Assembly (NCBI GenBank): GCA_903813345.2
Contig: CAIIXF020000001.1
Coordinates: 46,314,001 to 46,378,000 of the forward strand
DNA: 64,000 nt
Source of the DNA: Owenia fusiformis
Taxonomy: Eukaryota
Direction of reading: 5' to 3'
Shown here one piece after another: positions 54,090-64,000 of the stretch. A model generated the notes under the pieces. That model was not told the DNA's origin. It did no database searches and worked only from the letters and a program-made list of their open reading frames with translations. A program made the position numbers and the translations under genes. The number at the start of each line of letters is the position of its first letter. Position 1 is the first letter of the stretch.

Positions 54090-54350
54090 CTTCAAGTGTC
54101 AATCCATTTATATTTATGACAACCTTCACTTGTCACAGCCGTTATCAAAGTCCTTAAACAATTTTTGTGGCATCTTTAGAGTTATCGTGTCATATCGACA
54201 ACATCGAAGAATTTAGAACTTATATCAGGACGATCATGGGCTTCAGTTGAAAGTCCACTCGTTCCAAAACTATCTCTACGGAAACGAAGAGGATGGTGTT
54301 GGAACAAGATAACATGGGACGACAGTGTGTTTCCACAATGATTGACACAG
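54090..54350 (-). other. Probable non-coding first exon of PLK
   Basis: CpG-enriched segment ending in an AAG|GTATG donor at 54090; an acceptor near 49326 precedes the ATG exon; upstream boundary is approximate. Confidence 0.45.
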
Positions 54351-55492
54351 TCGATTTGCCCGCCATGAGCCATTCTTTTAAATTGCATATTTGAATTCAG
54401 TGAAATGTTTTCTCCTACAATAGCTTTGATTTACACAGTTATTATTCAATGCTTTATTGTACTAAAAATCCCTTTCGGGTAAGTGTACAGCAAATAAACA
54501 TGATAAAATAAAAACTAAAACTATACATACAATCACAATATGTAATTTAAATAATTTTCTATGACAATTTAAATAAAAAAGCTTGGGCCAAATCTCCATA
54601 GATGTAATGCTAAAATTCTTTAAAACCTTGGATTATTTGTATGTCAACCAACATTTGCATGTTTAATCACAACATGTACATAAACAGGGTCATCATGTGG
54701 TATATCATTCAAGTTTTATACAGATTCAACTAACACTCTTTGATAAATCATGAAATTAAGCCACTTTTCCAAGATTTTAGCATGTAAGTGAATGGAACTC
54801 TAGCCCAAATTAAAAGCTGAATAAAAGATGGCAGCACTAGATTTCATTGCTTTTTCTGCTATTTAGAAACTATCCTATTCTATTATTGCAATTACACCCG
54901 ACAGAAATGTTCCTTTTAGAATATAGCCTACTCCAGATCTTATGCAACATCTTGGATTTCCAAGGTATGTGTTCATGATTGAAAATCAAACTGGGAAACG
55001 AGTATGGACATGCAATGGGTGTATCATAATTTGAGGATATAGAGTTTCAGTGAAATATAAACTTGTGCCAGGTATTCAGCGAAAACAGAATGAAATATTT
55101 GTTTTTATTGTTATATTAGATCATCAGTCTGATTTATTCATAATTTCAACATTGATAAATTTTAAGATGGACGACAAAAAATTCGTTTTCTAAATTCCTG
55201 GGATCTGAAAAATCGCTAGATATTCACCGGTTCGTTGTCAATAAGAATATATTTTAGACCTCTCTCCCATTCTAAACTGTCTCATGTTGATGAGGGAGGC
55301 TTAATACTTTTACATGGTATAAAATACATATCTATATTAAACCTTGCCACACAAAATACAATTAATTTTTCAAAATGTCCATTCTACAGTTCTAAACTTA
55401 TAAATTCATGTTGAACTGAAATATTCAACTCTAAATTGCATTGGCATATCAAAGTTATTTTTGCTGCGCAATATACATTGCATCAAATATTA

Positions 55493-55646
55493 TTATTCAC
55501 TTTTCTTGTCTTCTTTCGAATTTTCAACTGGTATCTTGCCTTGTCCTCCAAACGTGTCTTCCGTATAAAGACGATCTGTTCTTCTTATTGTTCCATGAAG
55601 CCAGTCGAATAATTTTGTGTTGAATCCAAAATTACAATGAAAATAT
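55493..55646 (-). CDS. Desaturase last exon
   Basis: YFHCNFGFNTKLFDWLHGT...EDKKSE-TAA. Confidence 0.92.
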
Positions 55647-58600
55647 CTGAAAAACATTATGATGTTAATGATAGTGAAATAAAAGTATTAATGAATCACT
55701 CAATGGGTAAAGGCAAGAAGCAATTACCACCCTCCGAATCGTGCTTTAATAGGACAAATAAAAGTGAAGTTGTAATGCCGAGGAGATACGTGTACACCAC
55801 CACAAAACTAGCTGTATATACGATTAGGAGTCGCTGTTGATGAAGCCCTCTTTTGAAGAAGCGAACATAAATTATTAGAAAGTGTGGATTTAACTCGACA
55901 CCTTACTAAGGATTATCTGAATAGTGTAGCCCAATGAAGAACTTACTTATGGTGGTCGTCATGGAAGATTGAGTGCGGTTGCCATGGCCATATAGATTCA
56001 ATCATAATGCCCGAGTGTGATATTATTCCATAGTAATACACGTAAAGGAGACAGAATATAAATGTTCCTGAAATCAAAAGAGTATGACCAAATGTAAATA
56101 AAAAAACTCTCGGGTCTCAGTTAAAAATGATCCAATTTTTAAAGAGACGCAATTTGCTCTAAGGTTTAAATACACCGTTGGAAAGCTTTAAGTTATGAAT
56201 CTGATAATATTATTTAGGTACAGCGTTAGTTATTTCATTCTTTTGACATCAAGGGATAAAATTGGGAATTATCATTTTCATATCATTAGTATATTCTCAA
56301 AAACAATAAATTCTTGCTGAGAATAATTACTTGAGAATAAAGAAATAAACTTATCGAATATAAATAAAAGTCTCAAAATCTCGCCAGCAGTGTATAAAAA
56401 TCCATTTTTCATGGCATGGCTACTTCTAAAAATCAAAATGTGAAACACAGCGCAATCTTGCAACTTGTTTTCAAATGTCATAAATCATTTTACAATGATA
56501 TCAAAATATACAAATACAGTTGCATTTCCCGTTTCAGTTTGAAAACGCCTGGAGAATGAATATATTCCTGTAAGAATTAGGTGAGGCCGTTGCCTCGCCT
56601 GCCTGATGCCTGGTTGCGTCTATGGCTGATTTGTCTTACTTAACCTACCTGCGTGGGTAGGGATTAGGAACGCCGGACTCTCCAATGCCGTGCTGTGCAT
56701 AATCATCTCAATCGGGTGCATCGCTAGAGCTGAAAATGCCGTTGGTGAGTGATACCTTTATAAAGCATAATACAAAATGTTAAACTTGAATTCTAAAGTT
56801 ACTAATATTATATAAGTGTTAACATTGTTCTAATTTGTGTGCTAATGATTCTTTATTACTTACCAAGACGACAAATGAAGGAACCACAGGCCCGTAGCCA
56901 GGGGGGGGGGTTCGGGGGGTTCTTTCAAAATCATGCATTTTTTCACCATTCTGACTATTTTTTGAGTGATTTTTGGCCAAATTGCCAAAGTGAACCCCCC
57001 ACCCTAGATTTTTTGGGAAAATTCTGGCTACGGGCCTGGACCATCATATGATATACTTATATTGAATAAACAATGAACGCTCCGTGACCGTACCTGTGGT
57101 GCCATTTGTGGATATACTTATATGGAAGAGGGTGATGGAGAGTTTTATGCGAATAGAACAAAAACATGTCCATGGTCAGGAAGAGAAGTGGAACTGAAAC
57201 AATCTCCCACAACCAGCCATGCTGACCCAATGTGTAGTAAAGCGCCGTCTCTCCTTGAAAAATCAAAGCGTAATGATAAATCTTAGTTTATCAGCAGTTC
57301 ATTTCATTATTAAAAGTATCAGCATCATAACAATGGTCAAATCAAAATTACATATTAAGTCATTTAGTTATTTGTAAAATACAATCTCAAATGAATATTG
57401 TTCGAAAGTACTTACTACCATTCATGATGTAACACACAAGGATTGATGATTGTGTGCCCCCTATAAACATATTGATGGTACCCATGACAACAGCATGTTT
57501 TTCATTGTACGCACTCAACCACCTGTCAGGCTGGCATTTCCACTTCTCCGGCTAAAAATAGTATCAAGTGAATGATATGGGGTGGAATCTGGATGGGAGG
57601 CTTCTCCTTTTGGGAGATACTGGGACACTGTTGACACGAATGCAATGAGTATTAAGACACTTTGATTGATTGTGTTCCAAAAGAATTTAGTCTATGTGCT
57701 CTATTAAACATACAGTTCATGAAAACCTAATTGAAGCGACGGTTATGTCCGCCATTTGTGACAACGGTATCTGACTTTACCGTTGTCAGGCTATTCCGGG
57801 TTGAGGTATTTGGAATACTGTTCCCAAATTTAGCACACGTATGACATGCCGGCATACTTACGCAGTCCTTCTGTCGGATATAATACGCCCATTGATAGTA
57901 TCCAGACATTGTAAAGTAACTAACAAGGGAGATCCCTACAGATATCATCCAGTAATACCCGAAGTTATTGAACATCCCTTTTTGTTCGATTTCACTCGAC
58001 TGGTTATTGAGAATGGATGCGTTGGCGACATCTTTAGATTGAATGGGAAGATTTTCGTCGTTCACTTTTGGAACATGTCCCAGAAGTTTCAGTATGTGTG
58101 CAACTATTAGCAATAGTTCCCCTAAAATAGAGAAAAAGATGTATACAGTTATACTTGTCTATTCGAACGCCACATGGACTGGCCAACATGTTCAGAATAC
58201 CAAGTTTTCCCACATTCAGGTTTCAAGGGAGTCTATGGGTATTATATAGGAGATAAGTGTTTTCTATAACCTATTAATTGTGCGGTGTTCGGATTACAGA
58301 GGTGTTCAGATATGTATGTGTTGCCTTCAAGAAAAACAAGTGTAGCTTTATGGTTCACAAAATTAATACTTTAAATTCAATTATATAGAATTGGCTCATA
58401 CTTATTGACATAATTCTAATAAATGAGGTCCCTAATAAATGGCTATCATGACCGATCGGTGTTTTAGATTAGATATAGTTCGTAATGTCTGGTTTAGAGT
58501 ATAAAACACGCACCTGTCTTATTTTAGTACAACAGCTTCTTGAGTACAAGGGCACTAAATAGGTTGCACTAGTTCCGTACAATCGCACCTTTGAAATATC

Positions 58601-59393
58601 TTGTTTATGTTAGTAATAAGTGCAAGCGTACCAATCAATAACAAATACAATAACATTCAGTAGAAAAGGGTCAATAGTATTTTTTTCAAAAACATAAGTA
58701 GGACCAATTAATTCCGATACTTGTATCTGCGATGAATTTTGTCAAAACGTAGCAAATGGGCTTTGTAAATGAAGCTCTCTTTTAGAAGTGAAAAATCAAA
58801 AAGGGACCAACATTTCAAAATAAATTCCAAATCCGCTTCTGTAGTCTCCAAACACCAATGCGTGATAAATATCTTCTAAATATTTCAATTTGCAAAAATG
58901 GGCCTCAATTTCTATCAAATATTTGTGAGCGTCTCATATATGCAACTTTAAGGTGATAAATTCACAAAAAATCGAAAAATTTGATATTTACAGAAACAAA
59001 TACGTTTGTAACAAAGTTTATGATGGTACAGGTTCAAGTTACAAAATTAAACGCTAAAAAAGTTGCACATTGTGGTAAACCTATAACTAACAACATTAAT
59101 AGTACTACATCCATTTTTGGAACTCCAGCCTTTACCATCCCTTGGAAGAGCCCTTGGAATACGCAGACGTTGTGTCTCTCTCAAATACTATTATATAAAA
59201 GGGGGCTCTAGTAAATCAGAATTTATTAGATCTAGTCCTAGCTCTGCTAATATTGTACCTATATCTATTTTGAATACTCAATGAACATACCTCGCAATGC
59301 CACTGATGCAACTACAGTACCAGCTATAGCAGCAAATCCTTTGAAGAAAGAACTTCCCCGTGATTCAGTGTCCATTTTTTGTGAGTATGGCAT
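55493..59393 (-). CDS. Sterol desaturase / fatty acid hydroxylase superfamily protein (lathosterol oxidase, SC5D/ERG3-like), about 346 aa
   Basis: Exons 59393-59291, 58121-57862, 57551-57416, 57253-57094, 56755-56649, 56067-55947, 55646-55493 join in frame. His boxes HKTLHH, HKWHH, HDDHH; motifs SPTAFSALAMHPIE and YFHCNFG...FDWLHGT; hydrophobic segments; C-terminal KKSE ER-retrieval motif. Confidence 0.9.
55947..56067 (-). CDS. Desaturase exon 6 (His box 3)
   Basis: YGIISHSG...WPWQPHSIFHDDHHK. Confidence 0.92.
56649..56755 (-). CDS. Desaturase exon 5
   Basis: YHSPTAFSALAMHPIE. Confidence 0.9.
56887..57038. mobile_element. hAT-like MITE in a desaturase intron
   Basis: Perfect 15-bp TIR CAGGCCCGTAGCCAG / CTGGCTACGGGCCTG; flanks AACCA/GACCA. 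Confidence 0.85.
57094..57253 (-). CDS. Desaturase exon 4 (His boxes 1-2)
   Basis: DMFLFYSHKTLHHPLPYKYIHKWHHR. Confidence 0.92.
57416..57551 (-). CDS. Desaturase exon 3
   Basis: PEKWKCQPDRWLS...CYIMNG; tandem donors GTAGTAAG. Confidence 0.88.
57862..58121 (-). CDS. Desaturase exon 2
   Basis: GELLLIVAH...SGYYQWAYYIRQKDC. Confidence 0.88.
58143..58320. mobile_element. Decayed pogo-like MITE next to the desaturase exon 2 acceptor
   Basis: TACAGTTATACTTGTCTATTCGAAC start and GTGTTCGGAT/GTGTTCAGAT repeats; right end eroded. Confidence 0.4.
59291..59393 (-). CDS. Desaturase exon 1
   Basis: MPYSQKMDTESRGSSFFKGFAAIAGTVVASVALR, then GTATG donor. Confidence 0.78.
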
Positions 59394-59589
59394 CTTTGAT
59401 ATTTTTAGGTAATACTACGCTTTTGATTCGCAACAATAACATATATGTTCTTTCACCTCGAGACGTGCTATATCTGATTCACCTTGGGATTTATTTGCTT
59501 ATAAAACCTAATGCTATTGGAAACCGATTTCAATAGTCGGCGACTGTTTTTTAGTCTTACGCAAATTGAGCAGGTCAATGCTTCAAGCC

Positions 59590-59830
59590 CTCATGCCACC
59601 ATTACACACACTCCACAACATCTTATGGGCTGATGATCTTATTTTGATGTCAAATAGTAAAGATGGTGCCCAAACTTCACTTAATTGTCCTATCTGATTT
59701 TTGTAAGAGATATCATCATGATGAAGACAAAATCATTTTCGATAAAAGAGCGAACCACGAAAGGTTAAAAGGCTTGATGATGTCGTTTTAACATTTAAAC
59801 TTGTTTGGTGTTCCTGTAAGGAGTGTTAAA
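59590..59830 (+). mobile_element. Decayed non-LTR retrotransposon (CR1/L2-like) reverse transcriptase fragment
   Basis: Translates as NILWADDLILMSNSKDGAQTSLNC, then after a frameshift SDFCKRY; resembles the YADD-region motif of LINE RTs. Confidence 0.7.
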
Positions 59831-60721
59831 GAAACAGATGCAAATGTTTGAAAGCATATCTGATTTGCTCTGGGCTATGTAGCCGTATGGGAAACTTTAT
59901 ATTTTAAAAAAATGTCCAATCATTTTTTTACATCTTATTAGCAATAATATGATTATGAATATGATATGATTATAACAAGACTAGATGCACCATTTTGAGC
60001 TCATATGCGAAGCATACATTGCATATTTTAAAAATTATTAAGGTAAAATATGGTTACCACTGAGTCGCAAGCGCTTAAATAGAATTCGATAATTTTCTTC
60101 TCAAAAAATACAAATACATTAAATCCATATTTTTAGTAATATACCTCCTCCCAGTCTGGTAGGGGTGAGGGGTCAGAAGCTGAAAAATCCAGGAAGACCA
60201 CCCCAAATCATTTGTCCTGAAATCATTTTCACTCAGATCATCTATCTGTGCCAAGTTTGTTGCTTTCTTGAAAAGGACGAACAAAAAGGGGACATCTGAC
60301 TGACTCCGCTATTGCACCTTTAGTTTTAAACGTTTTACACATGTAATGTAAATCCACATTACACGTTTTAAACCTGAACAGAACTTGCTTGACTGAGAAA
60401 TCTCAACTTTTAGTTCTCAATTAATTTAAAGATGGCATTAGCGCTTGTCGTTTGTCAGCTGGCAAGCGTTGCCGTTGGGTGTGGTGCAAACCCGCTGTTG
60501 AAAAGTTGGCACATAGGCGTTAACAAAGGAGATAAATCCACGTATGATTTTAGCAGAAAATTTGTCTTAATTTTGTTGTAACTGCCATTATCCGTCCGTT
60601 ACGTACGGATCTTCCAACGAATTAATTTCACAGGAAGAACAACTCTTGAAAGACTGAATCGAGACAACATTATAATTATATAGTTATTTCGGCCAGTAAT
60701 AAATCCACTGAAGACAATTGT

Positions 60722-62270
60722 AACTAGAGAAACAGCAACTTCAAAATCCCCACCGAACATATTTTGATAATAAGTGGCCATCTTGAAAATTTCTTCTCGA
60801 GTAGAGCTCCTTTGTCCCTAAGTTGCAGGATATAAAATTTGAACCAAATCTTTCAACTGGTATTATCACATTTTTAACGACAAATGGCAGCCATTTTGAT
60901 AAATAGTGGCCATCTTGAAAATGACTTCTTGACCAGACCACCTTTATAAGCATCAGCATATAAACCAAATCCATTCACTGGTATTTGATTTGTCAAAATT
61001 TTAAATATAACATTTTTTATGAAAAATGGCAGCCATTTTGAATTTCAGCTGTCATCTTGAAAAATTCCTCTCAGCCAGATTTTCTTTGTCCCTAGGCATC
61101 AGCATATACAATTTGAACCAAATCCATCCACTGATATTTGAGTTATCAAAGATAACGTTTTTTAACAAAAAATGGCAGCCATTTTAAAATTCAACAGCCA
61201 TCTTGAAAATTTCTTCTTGAGCAGAGCTCAATTGTACATAGGCATCAACAAATCTGAACCATATAAGTCCACTGGTATTTGAGTTATCACCAAGGCTAAG
61301 TTCTTTTTATGAAAAATGGCGGCCATTTTGAAATTCAGTGGCCATCTTAAAAAATTATTATTTAGCAGTTTCTTTGTACCTTGGCATCAACATATAAAAT
61401 TTGAACCAAATTCGTCAAATTGGCATGTGAGTTATTAAAGATTATGTTCTTTTACGAAAAATGGCGGCCATTTTGAAATTTAGCCGCCATCTTGAAAATT
61501 CTTTTTAACCCTTTCCTGAAGTGGATATAAGAGGAAAATGTTGGCCTGGTGACGGATAAGTAAGAGTAGTTTTTAGGGGAAAACTGCAAATTATATATAC
61601 CCTGAGACTCATACCTTCAATTTTATCACTGAAATACAATTTTTAGTAAGCATTATCAAATTAGAGCAACTTGTCAAAATTTGGTGTAAAAATACTAAAT
61701 AGAACTGGAGATATTATCATCTCATCGATCTATATAAACATAAATAATGGTGCCAAAAGGAGCCTATCGTCCTGAAAGATATTATCCATTCACTGGTATT
61801 TCAGTTATCAAAGCTTTCGTTTTTTACGAAAAAGGCGGCCATTTTAAAATTCAGTGGCCATCTTCTTGACCAGAGCTCCATTGTCTCAGGGCGTCAGCAT
61901 ACACGAGCGAAATCCAACCACTAGTACTCGAGTAATTAAAGGTTACATTTTACGAAAAAATGGCGGCCATTTTGAATTGAGCGGCCATATTGAAAATTCC
62001 TTCTCGAGCAGAGGTCCTATACCCCTAAGGCATAAGCCAATAAAATTTGAATCAAAACTGTCAACCGCTATTTGAGTTATCGCCCGGACAGACGAACGAA
62101 CTGACGGACGGATAGCCTTGCCCAAGTCGGTCTCTTTTACTTATCTTGATTTCTATTATTACAACCGGTAATAAGTCAAGATCAGGATAAGTAAGAAAAT
62201 ACCGACTTTGGCAAAGCTAACGGACGGACGGCTTTCCTATATCCCTCACGAACTTCGTTCGGTGGGTTAA
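60722..62270 (+). mobile_element. Helentron/HINE-like non-autonomous element with a central ~145-bp tandem array
   Basis: Starts AACTAGAG; subterminal IR CCCACCGAAC (60749-60758) / GTTCGGTGGG (62257-62266); ~142-146-bp units with AAATGGCRGCCATTTT; (GGAC)n microsatellite; terminal hairpin 62243-62266. Confidence 0.75.
62113..62219. mobile_element. Hairpin MITE nested in the GGAC microsatellite
   Basis: TAGCCTTGCCCAAGTCGGT...TTACTTATC / GATAAGTAA...ACCGACTTTGGCAAAGCTA; ACGGA on both sides. Confidence 0.75.
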
Positions 62271-62367
62271 TTATCCACCTACATACCCTACTCTCAGGCA
62301 ACGGGATGTACTGATGAACAGGCGTCGCCCCTGTCCATTGAGCTGGAAACCTCATGTAGGCCTAATA

Positions 62368-62692
62368 TCCGGGAGAGTTACTGGTCAACTTTTTGTACAC
62401 GGGGGTGTCGTTGACATTCCAAATATTCCCCCACATCTAGGAATTTTTCTCTCTAAAATGGAACCACATCTAGGGGTTATCTTTCAAAAAGACCCACTTC
62501 GAGGTAATTTTTCGAAAAACTCTGAGACCCAATTCCGGTGATTTTTTACAAGACTTTCAAAAAGAGGACCCATTTCTAGGGATTGTTCTTCAAATTAGGA
62601 CCCACATCTAGGAATTTTTCGGAGAAAAAATCAGTGCCACATTAGCGGCACGTCCCATAATAGCCATATGGGATCCCCCGCGGGCCCCCGGG
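62368..62692. mobile_element. CCGGG-ended MITE-like element
   Basis: Ends CCGGG ... CCCGGG; about five internal CCCACATCTAGG-like repeats. Confidence 0.55.
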
Positions 62693-64000
62693 GCCTCATA
62701 CTATCGTTTGTATTATATCATCATAAGACATTACAATTTCTACCAATTAAAAGCAACACCACAACTTTGTCGCGTGGCTTTCACGTGAATATGTTCGTCT
62801 GTCAAGGCCTTGTAGATGAAAGAATGTTATTAATAGTTTGTAAATCTGTGCTGAAAGTGAGGCTCCGAGACAATCAATCAAATTTATTCTTTTTAGTGAA
62901 TTTATTTGCAGAGTCGATTTCAGAGTATATTCCAGGAAGTCCTAAATCCAGGAAATCCTAAATTTTTAAATGTGTTCCCATAAGGAAATTAACTTTGTTC
63001 TTTCTGTTGATAATTAATTTGACACCATCCCAAAATGAAAGAAAAATTTAGCCCTATACTGTCAACAAATGATCCGTCGAGCAATCAGCATGAAATCTCG
63101 CCTTCCAATGTAAAAATATCAAGAATACAAGAATTATATCACCCCTAAACAGTGCCCCATACTACCCTAAATTCAATGCATAATGCATTCGATCGACTTA
63201 GCGACTTAAAAACGATGAACTTCATTCGTCTTCATAATTAGACTGTGCCCAGGGCAGCCAAAGACTCGCTTACCAATTTGATTTTTAACCAAAGAATTCA
63301 TTGTAAATGAAAACGTCATGCCTAAGTAATCAATCCAATATGACAATGCTTCTTTAAGCTGTCTCTTGAACCTATCGTAAATATAATATATGAGTCTGAT
63401 ATCTGAATCCATAAAAATTTAAGGATCGGGTAATCAGTGCCGAAATGGGTGAGATTTTGTGACTTTCAAAATCAATTAGATTTGCAGAGTTTTTAATTTG
63501 AAGAATAATCTAAAAAACTATTTAAAATAATCTAAAACTATTTGAATAAAAACAATTGTTAAAGGTTCGCATTAGCTGCTAATTTCAGCCTATCATAGGG
63601 CAATGGGATGATAGGATATTGACCTTAGAGAATATGATAGAAAGCAAATAAATTTAACACAATGAAATGTCAATGTCAATCAAGTACCCTTTTCAGGTTT
63701 GATCGATCGATCGATCGTGAGTTTGACTTTGGTTTTAATTAGAGCTTCGTCTACTAATTACTATCAGTGGATTTATTTGAGTCAGGGTATCACATACGCA
63801 GGAATTAAATTAGCAAAATTGAAATGTTTATTAGGAAACAATTTTTTTCGCAACACAGGTTGATACAGGTAATACAGTCAGTATTGACCCACGTAACACC
63901 AAACTTCTATTGTTGCTTAGCGGGGGGATTACAAAAACATAGAACTCCGAGTCATGTCACCAAGCAGTTTATTTGTTCTGTTCATTCTATCAATGGCCTA

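Noticed and set aside
54182..54388. 68-aa minus-strand ORF
   Set aside because: No recognisable homology; overlaps the probable PLK promoter and non-coding first exon
62300..62362. CTGATGA-ACAGG...CCTGT...GAAAC as a hammerhead
   Set aside because: Eleven extra bases separate stem II from GAAA, breaking the core
62668..63412. ORFs at 62668 and 63206 as a fourth gene
   Set aside because: No recognisable motif or consistent splice chain

Overview
AT-rich, intron-rich animal genomic DNA (invertebrate; a lophotrochozoan origin is my inference, not provable here). Three spliced genes were rebuilt by hand from GT-AG junctions and reading-frame phase. (1) + strand, 145..14266: a 5'-incomplete class IA PI3K regulatory subunit (p85/PIK3R-like) with C1 - RhoGAP/BH - Pro-rich - nSH2 - iSH2 - cSH2 architecture and a C-terminal tail ending YARMN. 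(2) - strand, 49161..19138: a 13-coding-exon Polo-like kinase of about 644 aa with PLK2/3-type signatures, convergent on the p85 gene. (3) - strand, 59393..55493: a 7-exon, about 346 aa sterol desaturase / fatty-acid-hydroxylase family enzyme with three His boxes and a KKxx end. Introns and intergenic DNA hold many non-autonomous DNA transposons: hAT-like elements with 5- and 6-bp TSDs, piggyBac-, pogo/Tc1- and Academ-like elements, a Helentron-like element carrying a ~145-bp satellite, hairpin elements and a LINE RT relic. The most interesting observations are the p85 tail carrying its own YxxM SH2-ligand motif, the chimaerin-like C1-RhoGAP module in p85, a palindromic poly(A) signal between the convergent p85 and PLK genes, and a CArG/E-box cluster plus a 3.8-kb long-TIR element in the PLK 5' region. 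Most ORFs in the supplied track are spurious. All coordinates were read by eye and may be off by a few bases.
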